Assembly: GCF_006345805.1 (NCBI RefSeq)
Contig: NW_021824204.1
Location: 1 to 19,460 of the forward strand
Reading direction: 5' to 3'
Length of the DNA: 19,460 nucleotides
Source of the DNA: Octopus sinensis
Lineage: Eukaryota
Under the pieces are notes generated by a model. The model saw only the letters and a program-made list of their open reading frames with translations. It made no database searches and was not told where the DNA came from. Positions 9,253 to 18,323 of this stretch are shown piece by piece. The number at the start of each line of letters is the position of its first letter. The stretch's first letter is position 1. A program made the position numbers and the translations under genes.

Positions 9253-10023
9253 GACAAAACCCCAAACGTAAAGTCAGTTTTATCCAGTAAGACTTAATAT
9301 TATAATTAACAGAAATAACTGAAAGTTTCCCACCAATAATGTTAATTTTTTAATTAAGTAATTAATTTTATAAACATAATTCGCAAAATAATTTAAACTT
9401 TCTTAGCGTAGACAATAGTTTTAATTATTTACGTAACAAAAATAATTAACAATGTCATATCACAGATAAATTTTTGTATAAATTGTGAATTATTCGTTCA
9501 TTTTGAGAAAAATTGAAATAAATTCAAATGATAAACTCAAATAATACATAATATCATTAAAAAGTAAAATTAATTAATTATTTAGTTAATTAGACAGAAT
9601 AAAATGCATAAATAAATAAAAGAGAAATGATTAAAAGAGCGGTGAAAGAAATGTACATACACACATACCTACATATGTATCCTCCTGCTCAAAACGTCCC
9701 TGAATAAGGGTTGTTTAAGGATGTTGAATGAAACACCCATGTTTCCAGAGGTGAGTTATCCAAACCTCAAAGAATTCCTTTCAGCACACGGCTATGATGC
9801 TCCCCCACTACTCCTGTTTGTGGTCAGAGATGCACATATCGTCAGCCACTTAGGGACATGCTCAACTGGTTAAGGTCAAACAACTGACAAGCAAATCTGT
9901 GGTATAGAGCAGAATATTTGCTGTAGCCCATCTTTTATATCAAGACAAAACAATATATATGATAACACTTCCAATCAGTTAAGATCAGAAGCCACGAGAG
10001 CCACTGCCTGGTACTACATCACA

Positions 10024-10083
10024 TTATTATTATTATTATTATTATTATCATTATATTATTATTATTGTTGTTGTTGTTGTTGT
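10024..10083. repeat. (ATT)n/(GTT)n microsatellite
   Basis: Left flank of the fold-back element. Confidence 0.95.
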
Positions 10084-10143
10084 TACGGAGATGTACTTGC
10101 ATAGAAAGTGATTTGATTTGAGATCGTGTGCTGAAACGAAAAC

Positions 10144-10377
10144 AATTGCAGCGTGGAAGGTGTTTGTAAGCCATTTAAGAAACACACAAAAGCCGTTCGA
10201 TTCACTTCAACATTTAAGTTTAATTTGTCAAAATATTTTCGTCGCTATAAGACCGCAACCTGTTCAGACAAAAAATCCGTGCGGAACGGATTAAACTTAA
10301 TTAAACTTAAATGTTGAAGTGAATCGAACGGCTTTTGTGTGTTTCTTAAATGGCTTACAAATACCTTCCACGCTGCA

Positions 10378-10380
<3 letters not shown>
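10144..10380. repeat. Long inverted repeat: 82-bp arms (10144-10225 and 10299-10380), 73-bp spacer
   Basis: Manual reverse complement gives 81/82 identity. The single difference (GGTGTTT versus AAATACC) is a G:U pair in plus-strand RNA. Confidence 0.95.
10226..10270 (-). ncRNA. Degenerate minimal hammerhead-like motif in the spacer of the inverted repeat
   Basis: Minus strand reads TGTC TGAACA G GTTGC-GGTCTTATA-GCGAC GAA AATATT T TGACA: stem II directly followed by GAAA, a palindromic stem III, and a TGTC/GACA stem I. The 5' core is defective. Confidence 0.4.
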
Positions 10381-10410
<30 letters not shown>

Positions 10411-10433
10411 TTATTATTATTATTATTATTATT
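10379..10433. repeat. (ATT)n microsatellite
   Basis: Right flank of the fold-back element. Confidence 0.95.
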
Positions 10434-10434
10434 A

Positions 10435-10548
10435 GGTCGGTAAGCAGGCAGAGTCGTTAGCATGCTGGGCAAAATTCTTAGCGGCATTTTGTCCGGGTTT
10501 ACGTGTTGTGATCATATTCTGGTGAAGGCGACATTGCCCTTCATCCTT
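10435..10548 (+). mobile_element. SINE family A 5' part, strongly diverged
   Basis: GGCAGAGTCGTTAGCATGCTGGGCAAAATTCTTAGCGGCATTT...TTGCCCTTCATCCTT. Confidence 0.7.
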
Positions 10549-11117
10549 ATATTGTTATATTTGAGGTGTTTTTGCCTTGATTCTTTTATTGCTGTTGTTG
10601 TTGTTCTCGTGACTGTTGTTTTACTGCAGTTATAGGTGATATTTATTTTTCCTGTCGTTTAACCCTAGGATATATGTCGTTATGATTTATGCCAAAGACG
10701 TTCCACTGGGGACCACCATTCATTCAGTTTTTTTATTCAGACAATAGTTAAATCAAACGAAGCAGTATATTGTATTTCTCTCTGTATGTAATATAAAGGC
10801 GCGAAATTGTAATGACTTTCGGATGATCACTGATGAGGGAAGAGCATTGCCACGTCTTGTGTGTGTATTTTCCGTTGTCGTCCAGTGAAATTTTTAAAAT
10901 CTTTTTTGTAATACAGTTAGATAAGACCATGGGAAAGGAGATTAGTCTGCTATGTTTAGCAGCTTGAGCGATCACTACTTCTCTTCTTCATCTTGTCGTT
11001 GTTGTCGTTGCTATGTTTTTGTTTTTATCACAACTTTTGTACCGCCATCTTATGCGCAGTTTATCTCCACAGCTGTTCTTACCAAATCTCAGTCACACTT
11101 TTTCTCACCACTCGTTG

Positions 11118-12053
11118 CTCTCTTCCCCCTCTCTCTCTCTCTCTCTCTCTATCTATCAGTCTATCTCCCTATCTAAATCTATATCCTTTATATAATCTTC
11201 CTCTCTTTCTCTCTCTCGTCTTATCTTCCTTCTTATCTCGATTCCTTTTCTCCACCTCTATTCTTTCTGTATACCTCTCCACTCTCTGTTCTCCCCCTCT
11301 CTCTCTCTCCATCTCTCACATTCCCCCTCCCGTTAATTCTAGTCTTCTCTCTCACCTTTCTCTCTCACTCTCTCTCACTCTCTCAATTTATTTGTTACAT
11401 CTATTTACCTCACCCCAGCGCCACCTAACCCTGTTTCCTCTCTCAATTTCCACCGATTCCTATTCTTATCTCCCTTCCTCTTACCTTCTCTTCCCCATAC
11501 ACTCTCTCTCTCTTTCTTTCTCTCTCTTCTTCTCTCATCTCTACTTCTCATCTTTTCCTCCCTCCCTCCCTCTCTCTCACTCTCTCTTTCTTTCCATACG
11601 CTATCTCTCTTCCTCTCTCTCCCACCTGTTATCCCTACTCTTTCTCTCCATTCCTTCCTTTCTCTACTCCTCCCCCTCCTCTTCATCTTTTCTTAACTTT
11701 ATTTCCCTCCTTCTCACTACCTGTTTTCCCCCTCCCCTCTCTCACCACTTGTGCTCTCCCTCCCTCTCCCTTTTTTCTCACACTCTATCTCTTTTCCTCT
11801 CTCTCTCTTTCTCTCTCCCACATGCTATCCCTGCTCCTTCTCCTCATTCCTTCCTCCTTCTTCTCATCTATTCTTAGCTCTATTTCTTCCTCTCTCTCCC
11901 ATCACTCTCTCTCTCTCTCCCACATACCATCTCTCTTCTTCCCTCTCTCTCTCTCCCGCATACTATCCCTACTCTCCCTTCCCCACATTCTTTCCTATCT
12001 CTATTCCTGTATTCCTATATTCCTATCGATATTCCCATATTCCTATATTCCCC
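11118..12053. repeat. About 0.9-kb polypyrimidine (CT-rich) tract with internal direct repeats
   Basis: Very few G on the plus strand; ends in TATTCC-like units. It explains the L/S-rich ORFs 10993-11877, 11751-12200 and 11822-12184. Confidence 0.9.
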
Positions 12054-12290
12054 AAAGACGCTACAACAATCAGATTAAGTTTCAAACTTACCAAACACTT
12101 TTTTTACATTTCGTTTTTTCTTGTTTTATGTTTTGTTTCCCTTTTTTTGTTTTGCTTTTTTTTGTTAATAAAGAAACCATTTAACACATCCACGCATTAA
12201 TTTCTTCTTCAAACATTACTACTGGCTTTAGATCCCTGTCTCTTTACCATTCTCACAGCACACATACGCGCACATGTAGGAACATTTTTA

Positions 12291-12435
12291 TTTCTTTCCC
12301 TCTTTATTTCTTTCTTCCATTCTTCTCTTCTTTCTTTCACTGTCACTTTCTCTCTTTCTATCTCTCTCTCTCTCCTCTCTCGCTCCAACCCTGCTCCTCT
12401 CTCTCCCTATTTCTCTCTCTTCTTTCTATTTCTCT
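12291..12435. repeat. CT-rich low-complexity tract
   Basis: Direct inspection. Confidence 0.85.
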
Positions 12436-12737
12436 AGGCATCTCGTAGTCGGACAACAGATAGAAAAAGAAAAGCAGAGGTATATTTAAGGTGTTTGCCA
12501 CCGTATATTCGCTTGCTTTCTTCCAAAAATGTAATGCCCTTAGCATAGATTTGGGGGGGGGCTACCAATTTTGAACAATCTCAAGTGTAACAGGCCGAAA
12601 CTGCAATGATAATTGGAAGTTTGACTGATGAAAGAAAGCCACGAATGTTCCGTCCTGGTTTTTCATGTCCGTCTTTGTATCGTCCATCTGTCCGTATCTT
12701 TTTATTGTCGTCCGTTACGTTCTTATTTCGTTTTTTG

Positions 12738-13070
12738 AAGAGGCTATGTGGTAAGTAGCTTGCTTACCAACCACATGGTTCCGAGTTCAGTCCCACTGCG
12801 TGGCCCCTTGGGCAAGTGTTTTCAAAAGCCTCGGGCTGACCAAAGATTTGTGAGTGGATAGGGTAGACGGAAACTGAAAGAAGCCCGTCGTACATATATA
12901 TGTGTGGTGTGTGTTGTGTGTTGATGTGTTGATGTGTTCACGACCCCGTAACCTAGCGGTTCGGTAAAGGAGACCGATTGAATAAGTCCTGGGGTCGATT
13001 TGTTCGACTAAAACTTTTTAAGGCAGTGCTCCAGCATGACCGCAGTCAAACGACTGAGACAAGTAAAAGA
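12738..13070 (+). mobile_element. SINE family B with internal deletions
   Basis: Head GGCTATGTGGTAAGTAGCTTGCTTACCAACCACATGG through tail GACTGAGACAAGTAAAAGA. Confidence 0.9.
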
Positions 13071-13139
13071 ATATATATCGGTGTGTGTGAGTGCCTCTGT
13101 CTGCGAGTTATGTTTGCAAGTGTGTGTGTGATCGTTTGT

Positions 13140-13145
13140 ATGCCC

Positions 13146-13190
<45 letters not shown>

Positions 13191-13323
13191 TAGAGAATGA
13201 TAGTCTACTTCTGTGCGAACAAAATATCGGACATGTTTAAATTAAATTTGCTTCATATTTGCAAACGTATGAGTAAATTGTCAACAGAATTCATGCGAGC
13301 GGAGAGGGACACTTGCGTGAATC

Positions 13324-13361
<38 letters not shown>

Positions 13362-14035
13362 TGTGTGTGTGTGAGTACGTGTGTGTGTGTGCATGTATGT
13401 AGCTGTTATGTAGGCATGTGTTAGTGTGCGGTTTATTAATTGCAGTTGACACCTGATATACGTGTGCACATATTCTTCATCTATATCCTTCTGCTTAATC
13501 TTTCTCAATTGACAAGCGATGTGTATGGCTATATAAATTATATATATATATAATATATATAATATATAATATATATATATATATATGCACATATGTATGC
13601 ATGCACACGCAAACACATACACGCACATACCTAATATGTACATATGTAAATTTAAGTATATATCCATAATTATATACTTAAATACATATATACCTGTATT
13701 CAAAGACATACACACTCACAGACGTCCACACATGTATTCTAAATCATACCTCTCTGTTTCGAATTTATAATTTTTTTTTTGCTGCGCGTGTGTATGTTTG
13801 TGTGCATGGGGGATATATGTGTGTGTATGTGTGTGTGTATGTGTGTGTGTGTGTGTGTGCGTGTGTGTGTGTATGTGTGTGTGTGTTTTCTGGATGGTTC
13901 AGTGTTTACGTTTTTCAATGTCAATAAAGGAATGCGTGTGTCTGTGTACATATATGCGTGTGAATGAGAAGTTACGGGAAAAATCGATAATTATACAAAC
14001 GTGTTTACATTGTATAATGTCTGGGCTGCTTATAT

Positions 14036-14099
<64 letters not shown>

Positions 14100-14155
14100 C
14101 GTATATTCTAGATATTTATTGTGTGTGTGTGTGAGTGCGTGCGTGCGTGCGTTTA
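13140..14155. repeat. Cluster of TG, AG, TA and CATA microsatellites with short spacers
   Basis: Direct inspection; explains the VCVC/THTH/YIYI ORFs. Confidence 0.85.
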
Positions 14156-14754
14156 TGTCTGGAAATTTGCCTATGTTTGCGCGAGAAAATTTGATGTTAA
14201 ATTTGAAAGTAAACAATCCGATCTGATTATAGTGTCCAAAATATTTTATATAAAGTTGTACCGAAACAAAATACTCTGCAAAAATAAACTTCAATATTAC
14301 GGAGCAAATATCGCCTCCTTTTTTTTTTCTCCTTTTCGTTTTTTTTTTGTTGTTTCGTTAGTAAAAATTAAACTACGGCTTCTGACAAGATGTTGAATAA
14401 ACCCATCGTTAGAAATTGTTCCAATAGGACTTTATAAGGATTAAAGTTTCAATTACAACATCGAAATTCCATAGGACAGAGTCATTCGTTGCTTTATTTA
14501 CAAAATATTTTGATGTTCATCAACGTTGTCTTTTTTCCTGTTTGCTTGTTGTTATACACGCGTTTCCGTTGCTATGATTAAACTTTTTGAAGTACAAGGC
14601 TTGCAATGCAAGTCGTAGTGTTCTGCAATCGGTATACTTCTATAGTATCTGTTTTAAAGATTCGCGACGGGAGTTCAAATCCCAGTCGCCAATGTATAAG
14701 AACAAGTGGCTGGTCAATAGTTGATTCTTAAAAGCTTATATATTTAATCCTTTT

Positions 14755-14920
14755 GTTCGTCTATATGTTCTGAGTTCAAATTCCGCCGAGGTCTACTTTG
14801 CCTTTCAGCCTTTCGGATTCATTGAAATAAGAACCAGTCGACCACTTGACCACTGCGGTCGATGTAATCGACTTTCACTCCACCCCTGAAATTGCTGGCC
14901 TAGTTTCAAAATGGGAAATC
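14755..14920 (+). mobile_element. SINE family A body lacking the 5' head
   Basis: TTCGTC...GTTCTGAGTTCAAATTCCGCCGAGGTC.ACTTTGCCTTTCA...GGTCGATGTAATCGAC...ATTGCTGGCC. Confidence 0.85.
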
Positions 14921-14937
14921 ATTATTTCACCTCTTAA

Positions 14938-15090
14938 TCCGTCTTCTGAGTTCAAATTCCGCTGAGATCGATTTTGCCTTTCATCTTTTCGAGGCCGATA
15001 AAATAAGTACCAGTTGAACACTGGGGTCGATTTAATCAACTTATACCCTCCTCCAAAATTTCTGGCCTTGTGTCGAAATTTAAAACCATT
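14938..15090 (+). mobile_element. SINE family A body lacking the 5' head, tandem to the previous copy
   Basis: TTCTGAGTTCAAATTCCGC...GATAAAATAAGTACCAGTTGAACACTGGGGTCGAT...TCTGGCCTTGTG.CGAAATTT.AAACCATT. Confidence 0.88.
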
Positions 15091-15221
15091 AACTGATCTT
15101 TTTGCTATCGCATTTCTATTCAAATGAACTCAAATTATTTCAATAAACTGCAAAGAATTTCTGACATTAATTTGTCATTATTATGTTGGTGGTTGGAAGA
15201 AAAATTAACATTATATTAATA

Positions 15222-15370
15222 GGCGCAGGAGTGGCTGTGTGGTAAGTATCTGGGTTACCAACCACATGGTTCAGGGTTCAGTCCCACTGCGTGAAACCTT
15301 GGGCAAGTGTCTTCTAGTATAGCCTCGAGATGACCAAAGCCCTGTGAGTGGATTTGGTAGTCGGAAACTG
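15222..15370 (+). mobile_element. SINE family B 5' half, truncated at the transposase fragment
   Basis: GGCGCAGGAGTGGCTGTGTGGTAAG...GGATTTGGTAG.CGGAAACTG, then similarity ends abruptly. Confidence 0.9.
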
Positions 15371-15696
15371 TTGGACAATCTGAGGTTGGTCTTAGCCAGC
15401 GAAAAATTGCCGAAAATCTTCAAATTCTTCTTGCTACTGTTAATAGAATTATAGTGCAAACCAAAAGCCAGGGAAAAGAAGCAACAGATTCTCGTCCCGG
15501 CCGACTTGGGCCCTCGGAAAGGAAGCTTTGCTGTTTGAAGCGAATTGTGGAAAACGAACCCCGTCCGAAGGCTTCTGACATTGCAAAACAGCTAGAAGTT
15601 AGGCCAAGAACATGCATTACATATCTGCATAAGCTTGGGTATTATGGACGATCAGCTAGAAGAAAACCTCTCCTTCAACCAATTAATATCAAATAA
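15370..15696 (+). mobile_element. Tc1/mariner (Tc1-like) transposase fragment: N-terminal paired-like DNA-binding region only
   Basis: The frame of ORF 15454-15696 extends upstream to [28 protein letters not shown] (HTH), then SRPGR (GRPR-like linker), [19 protein letters not shown] (second HTH) and [17 protein letters not shown], all typical of Tc1 transposases. No ATG, DDE domain or TIR is seen. Confidence 0.8.
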
Positions 15697-15961
15697 AAGA
15701 TTTTGAAAATTGAAGATGTCTATTTACTTCCTGCATGTCTGTGTATGTAAAGCAGAATTTAGCTGTCCACTCATGAAAACACGTGATAAATAATGTGAAA
15801 ACACTCAAGCCAACTGAGTCCTCAACTTGTTCCGTTTGGAAAGAGGTTTGCAAGGCAGCAGCAGGCCTCAAGTGACACTTGCGCGTCCACGAGACGAGGA
15901 GTACACGCTGTATTTTATCGGACTCTCGTTAGTCGTTGGGGACGAGTGAATCCATCGAATA

Positions 15962-16351
15962 ATATATGTCTGTGTGTGTATACATATACACATACATACA
16001 CACATACATACGAACACACATACATTCAATCACACATACATACACACAAATACATACACATATATACATACGCATATACATACACACGCACTCATACATA
16101 CACACACACATCTATATTTACATAAGCACGCACGTTCCTCATACATACATGCATGCATATTTACATACATATACATGTATGTGTGCATATCAGACAGACA
16201 GACATACATATATACACACATACATACATACATATATACACACATTCTTACATATATACGTGCATATATATATATATATATATATTCATACATATATACG
16301 TGCATATATATATATATATATATATTCATACATATATATGCAGACAGACAA

Positions 16352-16404
<53 letters not shown>

Positions 16405-16410
16405 CATACA

Positions 16411-16442
<32 letters not shown>

Positions 16443-16544
16443 ATATACAAACACTTCATACATATATACGTGCATATATATATATATATTCACATATATA
16501 CGTGCATATATATATATATTCATACATATATATGGCAGACAGAC

Positions 16545-16583
<39 letters not shown>

Positions 16584-16656
16584 ATACATACATACATACA
16601 TACATACACATATAAACACACATTCATACATATATACGTGCATATATATGTGTGTG

Positions 16657-16657
<1 letters not shown>
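15962..16657. repeat. CATA/TA compound microsatellite with higher-order repeat
   Basis: CAGACAGACA at 16191, 16341 and 16536; TACGTGCA five times. It explains the 233-aa and 213-aa ORFs. Confidence 0.95.
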
Positions 16658-16732
<75 letters not shown>

Positions 16733-16757
16733 TAGAGAGATAGAGAGATAGATAGAT
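16658..16757. repeat. (GATA)n/(GA)n microsatellite
   Basis: Direct inspection. Confidence 0.95.
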
Positions 16758-16958
16758 CGCCTCCACGTATATAGTCTTGTGGGCTACTATATTCACCGCA
16801 TCGATAAAAATTCAGTTAGCTAACTTCAACATCAAACACGCAGGGTCTTGTGCTTCATTAAACAAAGTTACACGCATGTTCTGTTCAAATACACTCTTTT
16901 TTTTTTTTTATTATTACAGTAGCGATGTATGACATTGCCATCATCATCTCCATCGTTC

Positions 16959-17268
16959 GAAGAAGAAGAAGAAGAAGAAGAAGAAGAAGAAGAAGAAGAA
17001 GAAGAAGAAGAAGAATAGGGAGAAGAAGAATATGAAGAATAGGAACATGAAGAAGAAGGGAAAGAAGAAGGAAAAGAAAAGGACGAAGTAGAAGAAGAAG
17101 AAGAAGAAGAAGAAGAAGAAGAAGAAGAAAAATAGGAAGAAGAATATGAAGAAGAAGAAGAAGAAGAAGAAGAAGAAGAAGAAAAGAGGAAGAAGAAGAA
17201 GAAGAAGAAGAAGAAGAAGAAGAAGAAGAAGAAGAAGAAGAAGAAGAAGAAGAAGGGGAAGAAGAAGA
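16959..17268. repeat. About 310-bp interrupted (GAA)n polypurine tract
   Basis: Direct inspection. Confidence 0.95.
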
Positions 17269-17569
17269 CGTATGAGGCTGTATTAATTACATGTTTTATA
17301 TGAATTCGCCTTAAAGTTAAGAAATGACATTTTTCTAGTGTTTTCTCCGTCTTCGCGCGCTTGATGTACTCTGACGATTCATTAAAGTGGAGAAAATTGA
17401 CAAGTGACGCGGAAAAGATTTAATAGAATATACAAAACATACTTTCCATTTCTGCTTTTTTTTTTCTCCTTATAACTAAAAGATTTTTTTAAAATATGTA
17501 TTTTTAAAGAAGCGTATTATTTTAGATTCAAGTTGTATTTTAAATTTACAACAAGAACAATATTAATAA

Positions 17570-17586
17570 AAGTAATAATAATAATG

Positions 17587-17618
<32 letters not shown>

Positions 17619-17787
17619 GGTGATTTCATTTATTTGCCACAAGGGCGAAGGATGAGAGGGACAATACAAAGACAGGCATAAAGTGTAGGAGGTTACATAT
17701 AAATGAAATAATTTAAAAAATGAAAAAAAAAGAAATAATAATTGTAATAATGATAAAAATAATAATATAATAATAATAATAATAATA

Positions 17788-17828
<41 letters not shown>

Positions 17829-17830
17829 TA
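17570..17830. repeat. (AAT)n/(GAT)n microsatellites
   Basis: Direct inspection; a degenerate A-like tail lies at about 17624-17690 (-). Confidence 0.85.
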
Positions 17831-17977
17831 TTTCTTTACTACCCACAAGGGGCTAAACATTGAGAGGACAAACAAGGACAGACAAACTGATTAAGTCGAT
17901 TATATCGACCCCAGTGCGAAACTGGTACTTTATTTATCGACCCCGAAAGGATGAAAGGCAAAGTCGACCTCGGCGGA
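17831..17977 (-). mobile_element. SINE family A, 5'-truncated, inserted in (TAA)n with a probable target-site duplication
   Basis: Matches 46-195. TAATAATAATATA lies on both sides (17818-17830 and 17978-17990), though the context is low complexity. Confidence 0.9.
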
Positions 17978-18323
17978 TAATAATAATATAGAAAATATTA
18001 CCTATTAAAAAAAATTAATGAAAGGAATTCAATGGTCTTTAGAGATTTTTCTCTGACAAATTCTTATGAAGCAATGATAAGGATTATTTTGTATGCTTTA
18101 CCGCTTATAGTTGCGTTGGGTCGCGGCCTTGCTGAAGCAACGCAATTAAGGGAGAGACAGAGAGTTGGTTAAGATTAGGGAGTTTGGTAAGGAATAACCT
18201 TGACCCTAGTACTTCGTTTTGAATGTATTTGAAGGCCTCGCCTTGAAATAAAGAGGGAAGGGAAACGTAAGATGTAGTTGGTGGAAATTCTTCGTTTAAC
18301 AAATTTCTCTCTTACTTTAGACC

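Noticed and set aside
10829-10850. CTGATGAG, a hammerhead core or snoRNA C-box look-alike
   Set aside because: No stem II plus GAAA downstream and no suitably placed D box with a terminal stem.
10993-11877. 294-aa ORF, the longest in the track, and overlapping L/S-rich ORFs
   Set aside because: A CT-only tract cannot form stop codons easily; the peptide has no domain signal.
12617-12661. Perfect CTGATGA core followed by GAA and GTC, resembling a third hammerhead
   Set aside because: AAGAAAGCCAC cannot form stem II, GAAA is GAAT, and stem I needs several wobbles. It may be a decayed relative, but this copy gives no support.
14669-14690. B-box-like hairpin GCGACGGGAGTTCAAATCCCAGTCGC
   Set aside because: No A-box or other tRNA arms upstream; too short to call.
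15966-16667. 233-aa and 213-aa H/T/Y/I-rich ORFs
   Set aside because: Translations of CATA/TA microsatellites. The same applies to ORFs at 4197-5144, 6992-7282, 8725-9058 and 13281-14396.
17350-17385. CTGACGA, weak hairpin, then GAAA
   Set aside because: Stem II closes with U-A and wobbles, and no stem I or stem III partner exists.
18108-18150. Hairpin TTGCGTTG...CAACGCAA resembling a pre-miRNA
   Set aside because: The stem is only about 11 bp and the right half is better explained as a decayed minus-strand family B tail.
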